Both the position numbers and the translations under genes were made by a program. Shown in pieces: positions 20,981-32,887 of a stretch of DNA of 64,000 nt; the first letter of the stretch is position 1, and the number at the start of each line of letters is the position of its first letter. This DNA comes from Escherichia coli (GTDB taxonomy: Bacteria; Pseudomonadota; Gammaproteobacteria; Enterobacterales; Enterobacteriaceae), in assembly GCF_046105845.1 (NCBI RefSeq), contig NZ_CP151004.1; one strand, given 5' to 3'. The notes beneath the pieces are model-generated. The model worked only from the letters and a program-made list of their open reading frames with translations. It was not told where the DNA came from and made no database searches.

Positions 20981-21404
20981 TCGTTTATTATGCCACAGAG
21001 AACCGGGAAATAACATCCCTTAACACTTGTTATGAGATAATTCTGTAATCCTCTTTGCTTCCTGAGTAATAACTTCCTGAGTGAATATTTCTCCTGCGCA
21101 CGATTCTACACATATATATAATGAATAATAAAAGTCATTCAATTAATAACATATATATTAATTGCCGTTAAAACTAAAAACAGCATCAATAATCAACGCG
21201 ATATAACATCACCGCCTTACATATCACCTGCGCCAGAGGTAGGATTGAAAACGCTCTCCTGATTTTCCAATTCATTTTCTGGATAAATAAATAATTTATT
21301 TTTATCACTATTATTTATGCAATCATCCTGTCAGGGAGAGGGATCTCAATTATCAATGCTTAATTACGTCAACATTTTGACGACATGAAACCGGAGCATT
21401 TTGC

Positions 21405-23060
21405 ATGGAATTTTCGTTTTCACCCAAACTTCTTGTTGTGGCTGTCGCCGCCGCTCTTCCACTCATGGCCAACGCAGCAGATACCCCGTCAACCGCCACC
21501 GCACGCAAAGGCTTTGCCGGATACGATCACCCAAACCAGTATCTGGTTAAACCGGCGACCACTATTGCCGACAACATGATGCCGGTGATGCAGCATCCTG
21601 CACAAGACAAAGAAACCCAGCAGAAGCTGGCAGAACTTGAGAAAAAAACCGGTAAGAAACCGAACGTGGTTGTTTTCTTGCTGGATGATGTGGGCTGGAT
21701 GGATGTTGGCTTTAACGGCGGCGGCGTGGCGGTGGGTAACCCTACACCAGATATCGACGCCGTTGCCAGCCAGGGGCTGATTTTAACTTCGGCGTATTCT
21801 CAACCGAGTTCTTCCCCAACCCGCGCCACGATTCTTACCGGGCAATACTCCATCCACCACGGCATTCTGATGCCGCCAATGTACGGGCAACCGGGCGGTC
21901 TGCAAGGGTTAACCACTCTGCCGCAGTTGCTGCACGATCAGGGCTACGTCACTCAGGCCATCGGGAAATGGCATATGGGGGAAAACAAAGAGTCGCAGCC
22001 GCAGAACGTTGGCTTTGATGATTTCCGCGGTTTTAACTCGGTATCCGATATGTATACCGAATGGCGTGATGTTCACGTCAACCCGGAAGTCGCCCTGAGC
22101 CCGGATCGTTCTGAATACATCCAAAAACTGCCGTTCAGCAAAGATGACGTTCATGCCGTGCGCGGCGGTGAACAGGAAGCCATTGCCGACATTACGCCGA
22201 AATATATGGAAGACCTGGATCAACGCTGGATGGAATATGGCGTTAAGTTCCTCGACAAGATGGCGAAGAGCGATAAGCCTTTCTTCCTCTACTACGGCAC
22301 TCGCGGCTGTCACTTCGATAACTACCCAAATGCGAAATATGCGGGTAGCTCTCCGGCGCGCACCTCTTACGGCGACTGCATGGTGGAGATGAACGATATC
22401 TTCGCCAATCTGTATAAAGCACTGGAGAAAAACGGTCAGCTTGATAACACGCTGATTGTGTTCACCTCTGATAACGGTCCGGAAGCCGAAGTTCCGCCGC
22501 ACGGTCGCACACCGTTCCGCGGTGCGAAAGGTTCTACATGGGAAGGCGGCGTTCGTGTGCCAACCTTCGTTTACTGGAAAGGCATGATCCAACCGCGTAA
22601 ATCTGACGGTATTGTCGATCTGGCGGATCTCTTCCCAACCGCGCTGGATCTGGCGGGGCATCCTGGAGCGAAAGTGGCGAATTTAGTGCCGAAAACCACC
22701 TTTATCGATGGTGTGGACCAGACATCCTTCTTCCTGGGAACAAATGGTCAGTCTAACCGTAAGGCCGAGCACTACTTCCTCAACGGCAAACTTTCTGCTG
22801 TGCGTATGGATGAGTTCAAGTATCACGTCCTGATCCAGCAACCGTACGCGTATACCCAGAGCGGGTATCAGGGTGGATTCACCGGTACAGTAATGCAAAC
22901 GGCGGGATCGTCGGTGTTTAACCTGTACACCGATCCGCAGGAAAGCGACTCCATCGGCGTGCGCCATATCCCAATGGGTGTACCGCTACAGACCGAAATG
23001 CATGCGTATATGGAGATCCTGAAAAAATATCCACCACGCGCGCAGATTAAATCTGATTAA
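21405..23060 (+). CDS. aslA: Arylsulfatase-family (putative sulfatase) periplasmic protein
   Basis: 551-aa ORF with signal peptide [24 protein letters not shown] and sulfatase-type motifs (LLDDVGWMD; [11 protein letters not shown] as the C/S-x-P-x-R FGly site with Ser). Confidence 0.9.
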   Translation: MEFSFSPKLLVVAVAAALPLMANAADTPSTATARKGFAGYDHPNQYLVKPATTIADNMMPVMQHPAQDKETQQKLAELEKKTGKKPNVVVFLLDDVGWMDVGFNGGGVAVGNPTPDIDAVASQGLILTSAYSQPSSSPTRATILTGQYSIHHGILMPPMYGQPGGLQGLTTLPQLLHDQGYVTQAIGKWHMGENKESQPQNVGFDDFRGFNSVSDMYTEWRDVHVNPEVALSPDRSEYIQKLPFSKDDVHAVRGGEQEAIADITPKYMEDLDQRWMEYGVKFLDKMAKSDKPFFLYYGTRGCHFDNYPNAKYAGSSPARTSYGDCMVEMNDIFANLYKALEKNGQLDNTLIVFTSDNGPEAEVPPHGRTPFRGAKGSTWEGGVRVPTFVYWKGMIQPRKSDGIVDLADLFPTALDLAGHPGAKVANLVPKTTFIDGVDQTSFFLGTNGQSNRKAEHYFLNGKLSAVRMDEFKYHVLIQQPYAYTQSGYQGGFTGTVMQTAGSSVFNLYTDPQESDSIGVRHIPMGVPLQTEMHAYMEILKKYPPRAQIKSD

Positions 23061-23095
23061 GCCGGCGCTATCGCTACATCGGGCCACACTGACCT

Positions 23096-23125
23096 TGCCG
23101 GATGCGGCGTGAACGCCTTATCCGG
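23096..23125. repeat. REP (repetitive extragenic palindromic) element
   Basis: GCCGGATGCGGCGTGAACGCCTTATCCGGC matches the classic E. coli REP consensus; lies between the convergent aslA and aslB. Confidence 0.6.
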
Positions 23126-23136
23126 CAATCAACCGC

Positions 23137-23162
23137 AGGCGGCCACAAAATGGCCGCTTTTT
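23137..23162 (+). terminator. Intrinsic terminator downstream of aslA
   Basis: GGCGGCCA-CAAAA-TGGCCGC hairpin followed by TTTTTT. Confidence 0.55.
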
Positions 23163-24397
23163 TACTTATTCACCACCATCAAATGCGCCTGCATAATGTC
23201 GCTGGCCGGACGACCGTGCGCCAGCAAATCAGCCATTGCTTTAAGATATGGCGGTAGATGGCGGAAATAACGCTGATACCCGGCACACAAATAATTCAGC
23301 CCAGGTTTGCCGCTGGCATCGAGCATAAAGCGGTGTTTCGGACAGCCTCCCCAGCACGCTTTTAACACGTTGCAACTGCGACACTGCGCCGGTAACTGCT
23401 TAAATTTATCTTCACCAAACACCTGCTGTTGCGGGGAGTCTACCATTTCTGCAATTGTCTGCTGAAGCATATTCCCCAGTCGATATTGCGGATAAACATA
23501 GTGATCGCAGGCGTAAACGTCGCCGTTGTGTTCAACAATCACCGAGCGCCCACAGGTTGGCTGATGATGGCAAACCGCTCCTGGCGCACCGACAAAATTG
23601 GCAAACGCCCATTCGATATTCATCACGAAAATCTTGCCGACGTCGCGTTTGATCCAGTGGTCGAATATCGCCACCAAAAATTCACCGAACTCCTCGGGGT
23701 GTACCGACCATTCCGTCAGTTTGCCCTGAATATCGCCGGGAGCATGTAGCTTAAGTCCAGCATGAACAGCCGTTTCATCAGCCAGGCGTTCGACCACAGG
23801 AATAAACTGGATAAACTCAACGCCTGCATCACACAGAAAATCATAGATTTGCAAAGGTTGTAACGCACAGGTGCGATTAACGCAGACCAGCACGTTATAG
23901 TCGACATGATGTTTTTGCAGGAGCATCAGGGCACGCATCACCAGCTTATGCGTTGGTCTGCCGCCTTTGGTCACGCGATATTGATTGTGGATCTCAGCCG
24001 GACCATCCAGCGATAACCCAACAAGAAAATGATTTTCTGCCAGAAATGCACACCATTCGTCATCAAGCAGCACGCCATTAGTCTGGAAGCTGTTACTTAT
24101 CTTCCTGCCAGCACCATATTTCGCCTGTAGCGCCACGGCACGGCGGTAAAAATCCAGCCCGAGTAACGTTGGTTCGCCACCCTGCCAGGTAAAAGCCACT
24201 TCGTTTTGGGTTTCGCTGGCAGCGATATAGTGACGGACATACGCTTCCAGCGTGTCATCGTCCATATGCGTGACTGGCTTTTCGCTGTAAAGGGATTGTT
24301 TTTCGAGATAAAAACAGTAGTCACAGTTCAGATTACAATCGGAACCGCTCGGTTTCGCCATCACATGAAAAGCACGCGTTGGAACCTGTTGCAGCAT
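23162..24397 (-). CDS. aslB: Anaerobic sulfatase-maturating enzyme homolog (radical SAM)
   Basis: ORF 23162..24427; ATG at 24395-24397 gives the 411-aa protein MLQQVPTRAFHVMAKPSGSDCNLNCDYCFY... with the CxxxCxxC radical-SAM motif. Confidence 0.9.
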   Translation of the reverse strand: MLQQVPTRAFHVMAKPSGSDCNLNCDYCFYLEKQSLYSEKPVTHMDDDTLEAYVRHYIAASETQNEVAFTWQGGEPTLLGLDFYRRAVALQAKYGAGRKISNSFQTNGVLLDDEWCAFLAENHFLVGLSLDGPAEIHNQYRVTKGGRPTHKLVMRALMLLQKHHVDYNVLVCVNRTCALQPLQIYDFLCDAGVEFIQFIPVVERLADETAVHAGLKLHAPGDIQGKLTEWSVHPEEFGEFLVAIFDHWIKRDVGKIFVMNIEWAFANFVGAPGAVCHHQPTCGRSVIVEHNGDVYACDHYVYPQYRLGNMLQQTIAEMVDSPQQQVFGEDKFKQLPAQCRSCNVLKACWGGCPKHRFMLDASGKPGLNYLCAGYQRYFRHLPPYLKAMADLLAHGRPASDIMQAHLMVVNK

Positions 24398-24510
24398 GGT
24401 CGCTCCTTGCCTGAAGTCATCCTTCAATAAGTTAAGGGCGAAATCATACCGTGGCGCAATGAGTTATTACGGGCGTTTATTGCGAAGGGAAGTGACGAAA
24501 TGCACAGAAA

Positions 24511-24540
24511 ACAAAAAACCCCGCCGAAGCGGGGTTCAAA
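24511..24540 (-). terminator. Intrinsic terminator of the argX-hisR-leuT-proM tRNA operon
   Basis: Minus-strand hairpin CCCCGCTTCGGCGGGG followed by TTTTTTGTTTT, immediately 3' of proM. Confidence 0.65.
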
Positions 24541-24542
24541 AT

Positions 24543-24619
24543 TGGTCGGCGAGAGAGGATTCGAACCTCCGACCCACTGGTCCCAAACCAGTTGCGCTAC
24601 CAAGCTGCGCTACTCGCCG
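24543..24619 (-). tRNA. proM: tRNA-Pro
   Basis: Reverse complement reads CGGCGAGTAGCGCAGCTTGGTAGCGCAACTGGTTTGGGACCAGTGGGTCGGAGGTTCGAATCCTCTCTCGCCGACCA (77 nt, anticodon UGG, encoded CCA). Confidence 0.95.
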
Positions 24620-24661
24620 AAATACTGCTTTTTGAATTTTTAGTTCAATTCTTTAAAGTCG

Positions 24662-24748
24662 TGGTGCGAGGGGGGGGACTTGAACCCCCACGTCCGTAAG
24701 GACACTAACACCTGAAGCTAGCGCGTCTACCAATTCCGCCACCTTCGC
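24662..24748 (-). tRNA. leuT: tRNA-Leu
   Basis: Reverse complement reads GCGAAGGTGGCGGAATTGGTAGACGCGCTAGCTTCAGGTGTTAGTGTCCTTACGGACGTGGGGGTTCAAGTCCCCCCCCTCGCACCA (87 nt, anticodon CAG, long variable arm). Confidence 0.95.
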
Positions 24749-24768
24749 ATTGTCACAACTTCTAATAA

Positions 24769-24845
24769 TGGGGTGGCTAATGGGATTCGAACCCACGACA
24801 ACTGGAATCACAATCCAGGGCTCTACCAACTGAGCTATAGCCACC
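24769..24845 (-). tRNA. hisR: tRNA-His
   Basis: Reverse complement reads GGTGGCTATAGCTCAGTTGGTAGAGCCCTGGATTGTGATTCCAGTTGTCGTGGGTTCGAATCCCATTAGCCACCCCA (anticodon GUG, extra 5' G). Confidence 0.95.
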
Positions 24846-24902
24846 ACTACAAATCTTGTTACGCGGTATTACTACCACCGCAGCTCAAGCGCCGGGACTA
24901 AA

Positions 24903-24979
<77 letters not shown>

Positions 24980-25081
24980 TTAGCGCCGTTGCGGGGGTGG
25001 ATAATACGGACTTCCCACCCCTCTGTCTAGTCCCTTTTTAAATAAATTGCGCGTTTGGTTACGGTTTGTGCGTTTTGCTGC

Positions 25082-26467
25082 TTATTCCTCCAGTTTATGC
25101 GCTTTACCGTGGCGATTAAGCCCAAAAACTTTATAAATCGCCGTCACCGCCAGCATAAAGATGATGCCGACAAACAGCGACATACGCGTATCTTCATTAA
25201 AGTACATGCCGATCAAAACGCAAATCAGGAATGCCATTGTTACGTAGTTGGCCCACGGGAACAGGATTGAGCGGAACGGATGGCTGGCAATCGCCGCTTT
25301 ATGCGCACGACGAAAACGCAGCTGGCTTATCAATATCACAAACCATGGCACCATCCCCGGAAGCACGCTGGCACTGTAGACGTAGACAAACACACGCTGC
25401 GGATTGGGAATGACGTAGTTCAGGCATGAGCCAATTAACAGGATAGCAATAGATACTGCCACACCCGCAACCGGTACGCCGTGACGGGAAACTTTCGCCA
25501 TCGCCGCCGGTAACTGACGGTTTTTCGCCAGTGCGTAGAGCATACGTCCGCAACTGTACATGCCGCTGTTACAGCCAGAGAGCGCAGCCGTCAGCACCAC
25601 AAAGTTGATTATGCCCGCCGCTGCGGTAATGCCGATTTTGGCGAAAGTCAGTACGAACGGGCTACCGTTGCTGCCTATTTCATTCCACGGGAAGATAGTA
25701 ACGATAACGAAAATCGCGCCTACGTAGAAAATCAGGATCCTCCACAGCACTTTGCCTACTGCACTGCGCAGCGTCACCTGCGGATTCTTCGCTTCACCGG
25801 CCGTAATGCCAATCAGCTCCACGCCCTGGTAGGACGCCACCACAATACACAGAGCGGTCAGGAACCCTTTCCAGCCACCCGCAAAGAAACCGCCATGCTC
25901 TGTGAGATTGCTAAAACCAATCGACTGCCCGCCATTGCCAAAGCCAAAGAAAATCACGCCCAGGCCAATGACAATCATCACGATAATCGTGGTGACTTTG
26001 ATCATCGCGAACCAGAACTCGATTTCGCCGTACAACCTCACCGCAGCCAGATTCGCCAACGCCACCAGCGCCACCGCGATCAATGCGGGTATCCACTGCG
26101 CCATCTCCGGGAACCAGAACTGGACATAAACGCCAATGGCGGTGATTTCTGAGATCCCCACCGCCATCCACATAAACCAGTAAGACCAGGCGGTGAGATA
26201 GCCAAAAAACGGGCTCATATAACGATGCGCATAAACGGCGAACGAACCGGTAACCGGTTCGAGGAACAACATTTCGCCCATTGAACGCATGATGAAAAAG
26301 ACGAACAGCCCGGCGATGATATAGGCCAACAATACGGATGGCCCGGCCCATTTCAGGGTACTGGCGGCCCCCATAAACAGGCCGACGCCAATGGTGCCCC
26401 CCAGGGCGATGAGTTCGATATGTCGAGCTTCCAGCCCACGCTGTAGCTCTGGTTTGTTATCTGCCAT
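25082..26467 (-). CDS. yifK: APC-family amino-acid permease YifK
   Basis: 461-aa ORF, 12-TM amino-acid permease pattern; syntenic between wecG and the tRNA operon. Confidence 0.9.
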   Translation of the reverse strand: MADNKPELQRGLEARHIELIALGGTIGVGLFMGAASTLKWAGPSVLLAYIIAGLFVFFIMRSMGEMLFLEPVTGSFAVYAHRYMSPFFGYLTAWSYWFMWMAVGISEITAIGVYVQFWFPEMAQWIPALIAVALVALANLAAVRLYGEIEFWFAMIKVTTIIVMIVIGLGVIFFGFGNGGQSIGFSNLTEHGGFFAGGWKGFLTALCIVVASYQGVELIGITAGEAKNPQVTLRSAVGKVLWRILIFYVGAIFVIVTIFPWNEIGSNGSPFVLTFAKIGITAAAGIINFVVLTAALSGCNSGMYSCGRMLYALAKNRQLPAAMAKVSRHGVPVAGVAVSIAILLIGSCLNYVIPNPQRVFVYVYSASVLPGMVPWFVILISQLRFRRAHKAAIASHPFRSILFPWANYVTMAFLICVLIGMYFNEDTRMSLFVGIIFMLAVTAIYKVFGLNRHGKAHKLEE

Positions 26468-26602
26468 AAATCCTCGTGTTGTGTTTGCATGCTTTCCGGT
26501 GTTACCGGTTATCGTTATGGGTACATCGAGTGTTGCGAATGTTTTCGTAATTCAGGAGAAATGGCAAATAAAGCATTAAAAATTTGAATGCTTTGTGTAA
26601 TA

Positions 26603-26643
26603 AAAAAGCAGGAAGGCGACGAAGTGACCACTTCGTCGCTTTA
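26603..26643 (-). terminator. Putative terminator at the end of the wec operon (downstream of wecG)
   Basis: Inverted repeat GCGACGAAGTG / CACTTCGTCGC with a T-run on the minus strand a few bases downstream. Confidence 0.4.
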
Positions 26644-26657
26644 CAGAGAGAGGAAAA

Positions 26658-27398
26658 TCAGAGGTTGCCGGTGTAATGCCAGCGTAAATAACGCAGCAAA
26701 CGAAGCTGACGCTTAATGCGGCTCGGCTGCGAAAGCAGGCGGTAGAGCCACTCCAGCCCCAGCGTTTGCCAGATTTTCGGTGCACGTTTTACGTGACCGG
26801 TGAAAACATCATAAGTCCCGCCAACGCCCATATACAGCGCATCTGGATGCACCAGACGGCAGTCGCGCATGAAGATCTCCTGCTTTGGCGATCCCATCGC
26901 AACGGTGACGATTTGCGCTCCGCTGGCATGAATGCGTTCAAACAGCATCTGACGCTGCTCGGGTTTAAAATAACCATCCTGACTGCCAACGATATTCACA
27001 TTCCACTGGTTGCGTAGTTTAGCTTCAGTTTGCGCCAGCACTTCAGGTTTACCGCCCACAAGAAATACCGGTGTCCCTTCTTTGCCTGCGCGCGCCATCA
27101 GCTCTTCCCAGAGATCGGCCCCTGCAACGCGGGAAACCTGCGCCTGCGGGTACTTTTTACGTACTGAACGTACAACGCTGATGCCATCCGCATATTTAAA
27201 TTCGGCAGCGTTAATTAACTCCCGGACCTCGGCGTTATCTTCAATGGTCAGCATTTTTTCGGCATTAATGGCAACCAGCGTTCCCTGCTTAAGCTGCCCG
27301 TCAGCGAACAGATAATCGAGGGCGTGCTGCATATCACGCCAACCAATCAACTGTAAGCCACGCAGCGTATAGGTCGGTGCCGTGGTGTTGTTATTCAT
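26658..27398 (-). CDS. wecG: UDP-N-acetyl-D-mannosaminuronic acid transferase (ECA synthesis)
   Basis: 246-aa ORF; last gene of the wec cluster. Confidence 0.9.
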   Translation of the reverse strand: MNNNTTAPTYTLRGLQLIGWRDMQHALDYLFADGQLKQGTLVAINAEKMLTIEDNAEVRELINAAEFKYADGISVVRSVRKKYPQAQVSRVAGADLWEELMARAGKEGTPVFLVGGKPEVLAQTEAKLRNQWNVNIVGSQDGYFKPEQRQMLFERIHASGAQIVTVAMGSPKQEIFMRDCRLVHPDALYMGVGGTYDVFTGHVKRAPKIWQTLGLEWLYRLLSQPSRIKRQLRLLRYLRWHYTGNL

Positions 27399-27400
27399 TG

Positions 27401-28753
27401 TTATCCTTCAACCTGCGTCCGGAGCGATGATTTTGTTCGTTTATGAATGAGTCCGGCGCTTTCAAAAAGCCAGTACAACAGTTTTGCGATCATCAGACAT
27501 GCGCCGAAGACCACGATAAAAAAGACTACGCGTGAGACAAACGAATCCAGCCCTTCACGCGCCAGCACGATCATATTGAAGATCGCCCCAAAGCAGAAAC
27601 TATGCAATATCGCAGCCTTATAGCGATTAGTCTCGCGGTTGCCCAGCTCATACAGCCAGTCGAACCATTTGATGATCAGGCCAACCACAATCGCCCCGAG
27701 CGGGATGAACAACGCGCCGCCCATCACCACCAGTGAGCCTATAAGCGTAGGCGAGATCGCCAGCCCGGAGTGGTTATTCAGCACTTCCCAGGTAAAGTAG
27801 TTGGCGGAGTTCAGTACCATACTCGGGCGACCCGGCCACAGCCAGGAAGGGATAAAGACATAGAAATCGCGGACAATGGGAGCCAGACCCTGGAAGTCGA
27901 TGTTGTCGTAGTTCTGCAACAGCAATGCCAGATTCTCCCACGGCGAAAAGGTATCGCGGGTGAGATAGAGAAACGTATAGAACGCTTCATCGCCGCTCAC
28001 ATTCATTCCATAACGTTTTAGCGCCAGCCAGAACATGCCCACAATCCCCAGCACGCCCGCCGCCGCCAGCATCCACAACGAAATCCAGCCGCGAATAATG
28101 CCAATAAACAGGAAGATAGCGAATGCGATGATGATATTGGCGCGAGTGCCGCCGACAATCATATAAGTCAGCAAGCCAAAGGCGACCGTGCTGACGAGGA
28201 AAAACAGCCACGCTTTGCTGTCCTGGCGCAGAAAGTAGACCACCAGCATCGCCGGGATGAAAAAGTAAAAGAAGCGTTTTAACGCCACGCCGGAGACTTC
28301 ACTGGAGAAGATCTGACTGTAGGAGTTAAGCCGGAACAGCAAAAAGCCGTTGTGCATGAAGAAGATGCCGACGCTTACCAGCGCGATGCCCATCAGGATC
28401 ACCCACGTAAGATTGGTCTCCACGCGGTTCATGGTAAACAGCGGACGGCGCGGTACATCAGCAACGCGTTTGCGTAGGCGGGTTTTGTAGGTGACATAGT
28501 AAACCGCGTAGAAACAGCCCGCAGAAAGCAACGCCTGCAACAAGATTTCTGGCGGCGCGACACCAACATCAAAGCGAAATACCAGCACGCTGGTCAGCGG
28601 GAAGCCGAAGAAAAAGGTGAGCAAAAACAGCAATGAAAAGAAGACATTGAAGTTAAAACGCACACGGCGAAACTCAAACCAGGTCAGCGTGGCAATAAAC
28701 AGCGTGCAGAGCAGCCAGACAACAAACAGGCCACTGAATTGCAGCAGACTCAT
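27401..28753 (-). CDS. wzyE: ECA polymerase
   Basis: 450-aa polytopic membrane protein; overlaps wecF by 4 nt. Confidence 0.9.
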
Positions 28754-29829
28754 GCAACCTCCCCGGCGGCAATAGCCAACGCCCGCTGCCAGCCTTGCAG
28801 ATAGTTCGGGCTAAAGAAGGCAATGGTGTTTTTATCCACCGACGCCAACTGGCGCTGCGCTTCACGCACAATATCCTCGTTGAGATCGTCGGTAGTAAAC
28901 AGCACCGGTAAATGCTGTTCCGTCATATCCTGCCAGAACGGATTTTCCCGGTTAAGCACACAAGGAATGCCCGCCTGAATCAGTAAGCACAGCGTACCAA
29001 TGCCCTGCTGGCGGGCAAAAATAAAGTAACCAAGATCGCACTGACGAAGTAACGTCAGATAGGCGTCAAATTCCAGTTTTTCGCTCAAAACTTGCAGATT
29101 TTCTTCGCTGAATAACTCCAGCCCCGCCTGACGAACGTCCTCGATGTACGCTTCGTTATTAGGCGGATATCCCATCGGCACCACCACTTTTACCGTATCG
29201 CCAAATTGCTGATGAACGGCGCGCAAGGCAGCAATATGCTCATTGCTGCGGTCGCCGGAGTTCCCCACCAGAATGGTCATTTTCCCTTCACGTTGCCGAT
29301 CGTTCGCCATCGTATTGAGAGAAGGATCCATCCGCGTCGGGAAGTACAGCAGTTCGCCCCGCACCTTTGGGTGCGTTTTGGCAAAAAAGCTCAAATCACC
29401 GCGGGTGGCAAATACACAGCCGACTCGCTTTTGCGCCAGGCGACGTAGTGGGTAAAAAAGCTTATATCTCAAGCCACTGGAAAGCTCGTACAGGTCTGCC
29501 CCCCAGATATGCCAGTAAAACTGGCTGGGCTTAATGCCACCACTCAGCAGAGCCAGCCACAGTGTGGGATTGAACTGACCGTGGAAGAAAAAACGCTGCT
29601 GACGGTTAGCTTTTGCTTTCGCGATGACCGCTTCCGCCAGCGATTTTTTCCCAGGGAAAAATTGCACAGAAAGCGTCGGACAGCTATCACTTAAGCCGTC
29701 GTCCTTGCCAACAACCATAAACTCGCGCGCGTGCTCGCTCGTCGCGGCCAGCGCGTCATTGAAAAACCGCAAAACGGTTCGGTTATGGTGAGGGATATCC
29801 GATCCCAGTACGTGAATCAGTACAGTCAT
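28750..29829 (-). CDS. wecF: TDP-N-acetylfucosamine:lipid II N-acetylfucosaminyltransferase
   Basis: 359-aa ORF; overlaps wzxE by 4 nt. Confidence 0.9.
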
Positions 29830-31076
29830 GCCCGCCTACGCCAGAGTAAAAACACGCCACAACAAAGAGAAAAATAGACGATATAGGTTGCCATATAGGC
29901 CTGCGCCGCGCCCAGTGCACCATGCGCAGGGATTAGCCAGTGGGCAAATACCATCAATAAAGTGAACTGGCTGACTTCCGCCAGAATATAAAACCGCAGT
30001 GACGCTTTGGCGATCACCAGATAACCAAAGACATAAGCGCCCACTTTTAACACATCACCCACTAACTGCCAGGCAAAGAGATCGCGCATAGCGGTAAATT
30101 TATTCGACAACAGCAGCCAGATAGCAAAATCACGCAGCAACCAGACGGTAAAACTCGCCGCCGCCACTGCCGGTAAGACGAATTTCAGCGATTTAACCAC
30201 TTCCCGGGTGATATCGCGCTTTTCCGTTAGCCGCGACAACGTGGGCAGCAAATATACGCTGAACGATGCCGTAATAAATTGCAGGTAGGCATCGGAAATA
30301 CTGCTCACCCCTTGCCAGATCCCCACCTCATCCCAGCTATACTGCGCCGCCAGCAGTTTACGCATCATGATGTAAGCAACAGGCAAGGTCACCGACGTAA
30401 TCAACGCCATGAGCGTAAATTTGCTCAACTGCCCTGCCAGACCGTTATCCCAGCTGGGTTTCAGATAGCTTAACGGGATGACACCACGTTTGATCAACAT
30501 GATGGCGGCAGGAATTACCACCAGCGCGGGAATCAGCGCCAGACCCAGCAACGCCCCTTTATAACCGCCCAAACGGTAACTGACGTAGTACGCGAGAACG
30601 CCAATCAGGCTGCCAACAATCAGAGATAACGCATTACCTGCGGCATCGCGAAAGCCTTTCATCAACGCCAGTAACAGGTTGCCCCAGGCGATCCCCATTT
30701 GCACCAACGCCACTAAACGTACCAGTCCCTGATAGTCGGTATTACCAAACAATCCCTGGCTGATTGGCGCTGCTGCCAGCACAAAAACCAGCGCCATCAG
30801 CGTAGAGAAGCCAAGTACCATCGCTGATGAAGTGCCGACCACGCGGCGCAGCTGCTGCGGATTATCATGGTACTGAGCAACGTATTTGGTTACGCCATTA
30901 AAGATGCCCGCCCCGGCAAGCACGCCGAGCACGGTAATCAACTGGCGGAAATTTGCCGCCAGCCCAAGCCCCGCCGGACCAAATGACACCGCCAGCAACT
31001 TACCGACCAGTAACCCGGCACCAATCTTGACCAGTGTACTGGCCGCCGTCCACAAGGACGCTTTTGCCAACGACAT
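29826..31076 (-). CDS. wzxE: ECA lipid III flippase
   Basis: 416-aa polytopic membrane protein. Confidence 0.9.
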   Translation of the reverse strand: MSLAKASLWTAASTLVKIGAGLLVGKLLAVSFGPAGLGLAANFRQLITVLGVLAGAGIFNGVTKYVAQYHDNPQQLRRVVGTSSAMVLGFSTLMALVFVLAAAPISQGLFGNTDYQGLVRLVALVQMGIAWGNLLLALMKGFRDAAGNALSLIVGSLIGVLAYYVSYRLGGYKGALLGLALIPALVVIPAAIMLIKRGVIPLSYLKPSWDNGLAGQLSKFTLMALITSVTLPVAYIMMRKLLAAQYSWDEVGIWQGVSSISDAYLQFITASFSVYLLPTLSRLTEKRDITREVVKSLKFVLPAVAAASFTVWLLRDFAIWLLLSNKFTAMRDLFAWQLVGDVLKVGAYVFGYLVIAKASLRFYILAEVSQFTLLMVFAHWLIPAHGALGAAQAYMATYIVYFSLCCGVFLLWRRRA

Positions 31077-31077
31077 A

Positions 31078-32208
31078 TCAGGAGAAGTAGTTCAACAAAG
31101 TCGCAATTACCGTACGCTGATTGACGGGCGACAGGTTGTAGAACAGCGGCAGGCGCAGCAGGCGCTCGCTCTCTTTGGTGGTGTAGCGATCTTCACCGTG
31201 GAACTCACCAAAGCGTTCCCCCGCAGGGCAACCGTGCAGCGGAATGTAATGGAACACCGCCATGATTTCCGCTTCTTTCAGAAAGTTAATCAACGCGCTC
31301 CGGTCATCAATATCCCGCAGTTTAATGTAGAACATATGCGCGTTCTGCACGCAGCCATCGGGAATCGACGGCAGCTCGATACGCCCGGCTTTCGCCAGAG
31401 GTGCTAACGCATCGTAGTAGTTTTGCCACAGCGCCAGACGTTGCTGATTGATACGATCCGCTGCTTCCAGTTGCGCCCACAGGTACGCAGCTTGCAGATC
31501 GGACATCAAATAGCTGGAGCCAATATCGCGCCAGGTATATTTATCGACCTGACCACGGAAGAACTGGCTGCGGTTTGTGCCTTTTTCACGGATGATCTCG
31601 GCTCGTTCGATCAACGCTTTATCGTTAATCAGCGTCGCGCCGCCTTCACCGCCCGCCGTGTAGTTTTTGGTTTCATGGAAGCTAAAGCAGCCAATATGAC
31701 CAATGGTTCCCAGTGCACGCCCTTTGTAAGTGGACATCACGCCCTGAGCGGCATCTTCTACCACAAACAGATTATGCTTTTTCGCCAACGCCATAATGGT
31801 GTCCATTTCGCAGGCCACGCCCGCGTAATGCACCGGCACGATAACGCGCGTTTTGTCGGTGATCGCCGCTTCAATCAACGTTTCGTCGATGTTCATGGTG
31901 TCCGGGCGAACATCCACAAAGACGATTTTTGCGCCACGCAGCACAAAGGCATTGGCGGTGGAGACAAAGGTGTAGCTCGGCATGATCACTTCATCGCCAG
32001 GCTGGATATCGAGCAGCAGCGCCGCCATCTCCAGCGAAGCGGTGCAGGATGGAGTCAGTAACACTTTGGCGCTGCCAAAACGTTGCTCCAGCCACTGCTG
32101 GCAGCGACGGGTAAAACCGCCATCGCCGCACAGTTTGCCGCTCCCCATTGCCGACTGCATATAGTCGAGTTCGGTTCCCACCACCGGCGGTGCGTTAAAT
32201 GGAATCAT
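31078..32208 (-). CDS. wecE: dTDP-4-amino-4,6-dideoxygalactose transaminase
   Basis: 376-aa ORF of the DegT/DnrJ/EryC1 aminotransferase type. Confidence 0.9.
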   Translation of the reverse strand: MIPFNAPPVVGTELDYMQSAMGSGKLCGDGGFTRRCQQWLEQRFGSAKVLLTPSCTASLEMAALLLDIQPGDEVIMPSYTFVSTANAFVLRGAKIVFVDVRPDTMNIDETLIEAAITDKTRVIVPVHYAGVACEMDTIMALAKKHNLFVVEDAAQGVMSTYKGRALGTIGHIGCFSFHETKNYTAGGEGGATLINDKALIERAEIIREKGTNRSQFFRGQVDKYTWRDIGSSYLMSDLQAAYLWAQLEAADRINQQRLALWQNYYDALAPLAKAGRIELPSIPDGCVQNAHMFYIKLRDIDDRSALINFLKEAEIMAVFHYIPLHGCPAGERFGEFHGEDRYTTKESERLLRLPLFYNLSPVNQRTVIATLLNYFS

Positions 32209-32212
32209 GTGA

Positions 32213-32887
32213 TCACCTGTATAACCAGTACGCGGTGCTTTCTACATTCGCACCACTTTGTATGTATCGTTTAAGCGCGGCGGTGTTGCCCATTTGGGTC
32301 GCCACCCGCAAAGTTGTTTTACCGCGAGCATACGCCCAGTTTAGCGCCGTTTGCATCAGCTCAGCACCTACACCGCGTCCAGCCAGCAGGCCAATTCGCG
32401 CATCTGTCGCATTGAGTTCCCGTAAAGAGACATAGCCGCGAATATCGCCGGACGCCGCACGTAAAATCAGACATTGATGATCAAAGGTGCCGCGCACGGC
32501 ATTTTCAATCCACTGTGCATAAAAGCGACCGCTGGCGTCAGGCGCATACCATGGCGCACGAAAACGGCTTTGCGCAAATGCGGCGCTGGCTAACTGACGT
32601 AATGCGGGAATATCGGTCTCTTGTGCCACTACTGCACCGCTATCACTGACATTGTTCACGGGTAGCGCCAAATCAACTTCACCTTCTACCAGGGAGAATC
32701 CCAGCTGTTGCAGGGCATCCAGTTCACCCGTATTTGATGCCGCAATTTTGGCCTGTACCCGTGACCACGGCGCTAAGGCGTCTGACGTCAGGAGCGGTGC
32801 TTCAGGCGTGATGCGCACGATGGCGCTGTTAACACCAAAGAAGGCGTTTTCCCAGGTTAGTGGCTCAATACTGGCGCGGACGGGCAC
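32213..32887 (-). CDS. wecD: dTDP-fucosamine acetyltransferase (GNAT)
   Basis: 224-aa ORF; overlaps the rffH stop. Confidence 0.85.
   Translation of the reverse strand: MPVRASIEPLTWENAFFGVNSAIVRITPEAPLLTSDALAPWSRVQAKIAASNTGELDALQQLGFSLVEGEVDLALPVNNVSDSGAVVAQETDIPALRQLASAAFAQSRFRAPWYAPDASGRFYAQWIENAVRGTFDHQCLILRAASGDIRGYVSLRELNATDARIGLLAGRGVGAELMQTALNWAYARGKTTLRVATQMGNTAALKRYIQSGANVESTAYWLYR

Noticed and set aside
25895-26351. Overlapping ORFs inside yifK on both strands
   Set aside because: They are fully contained in the 461-aa permease gene and are low-complexity reading-frame artefacts.
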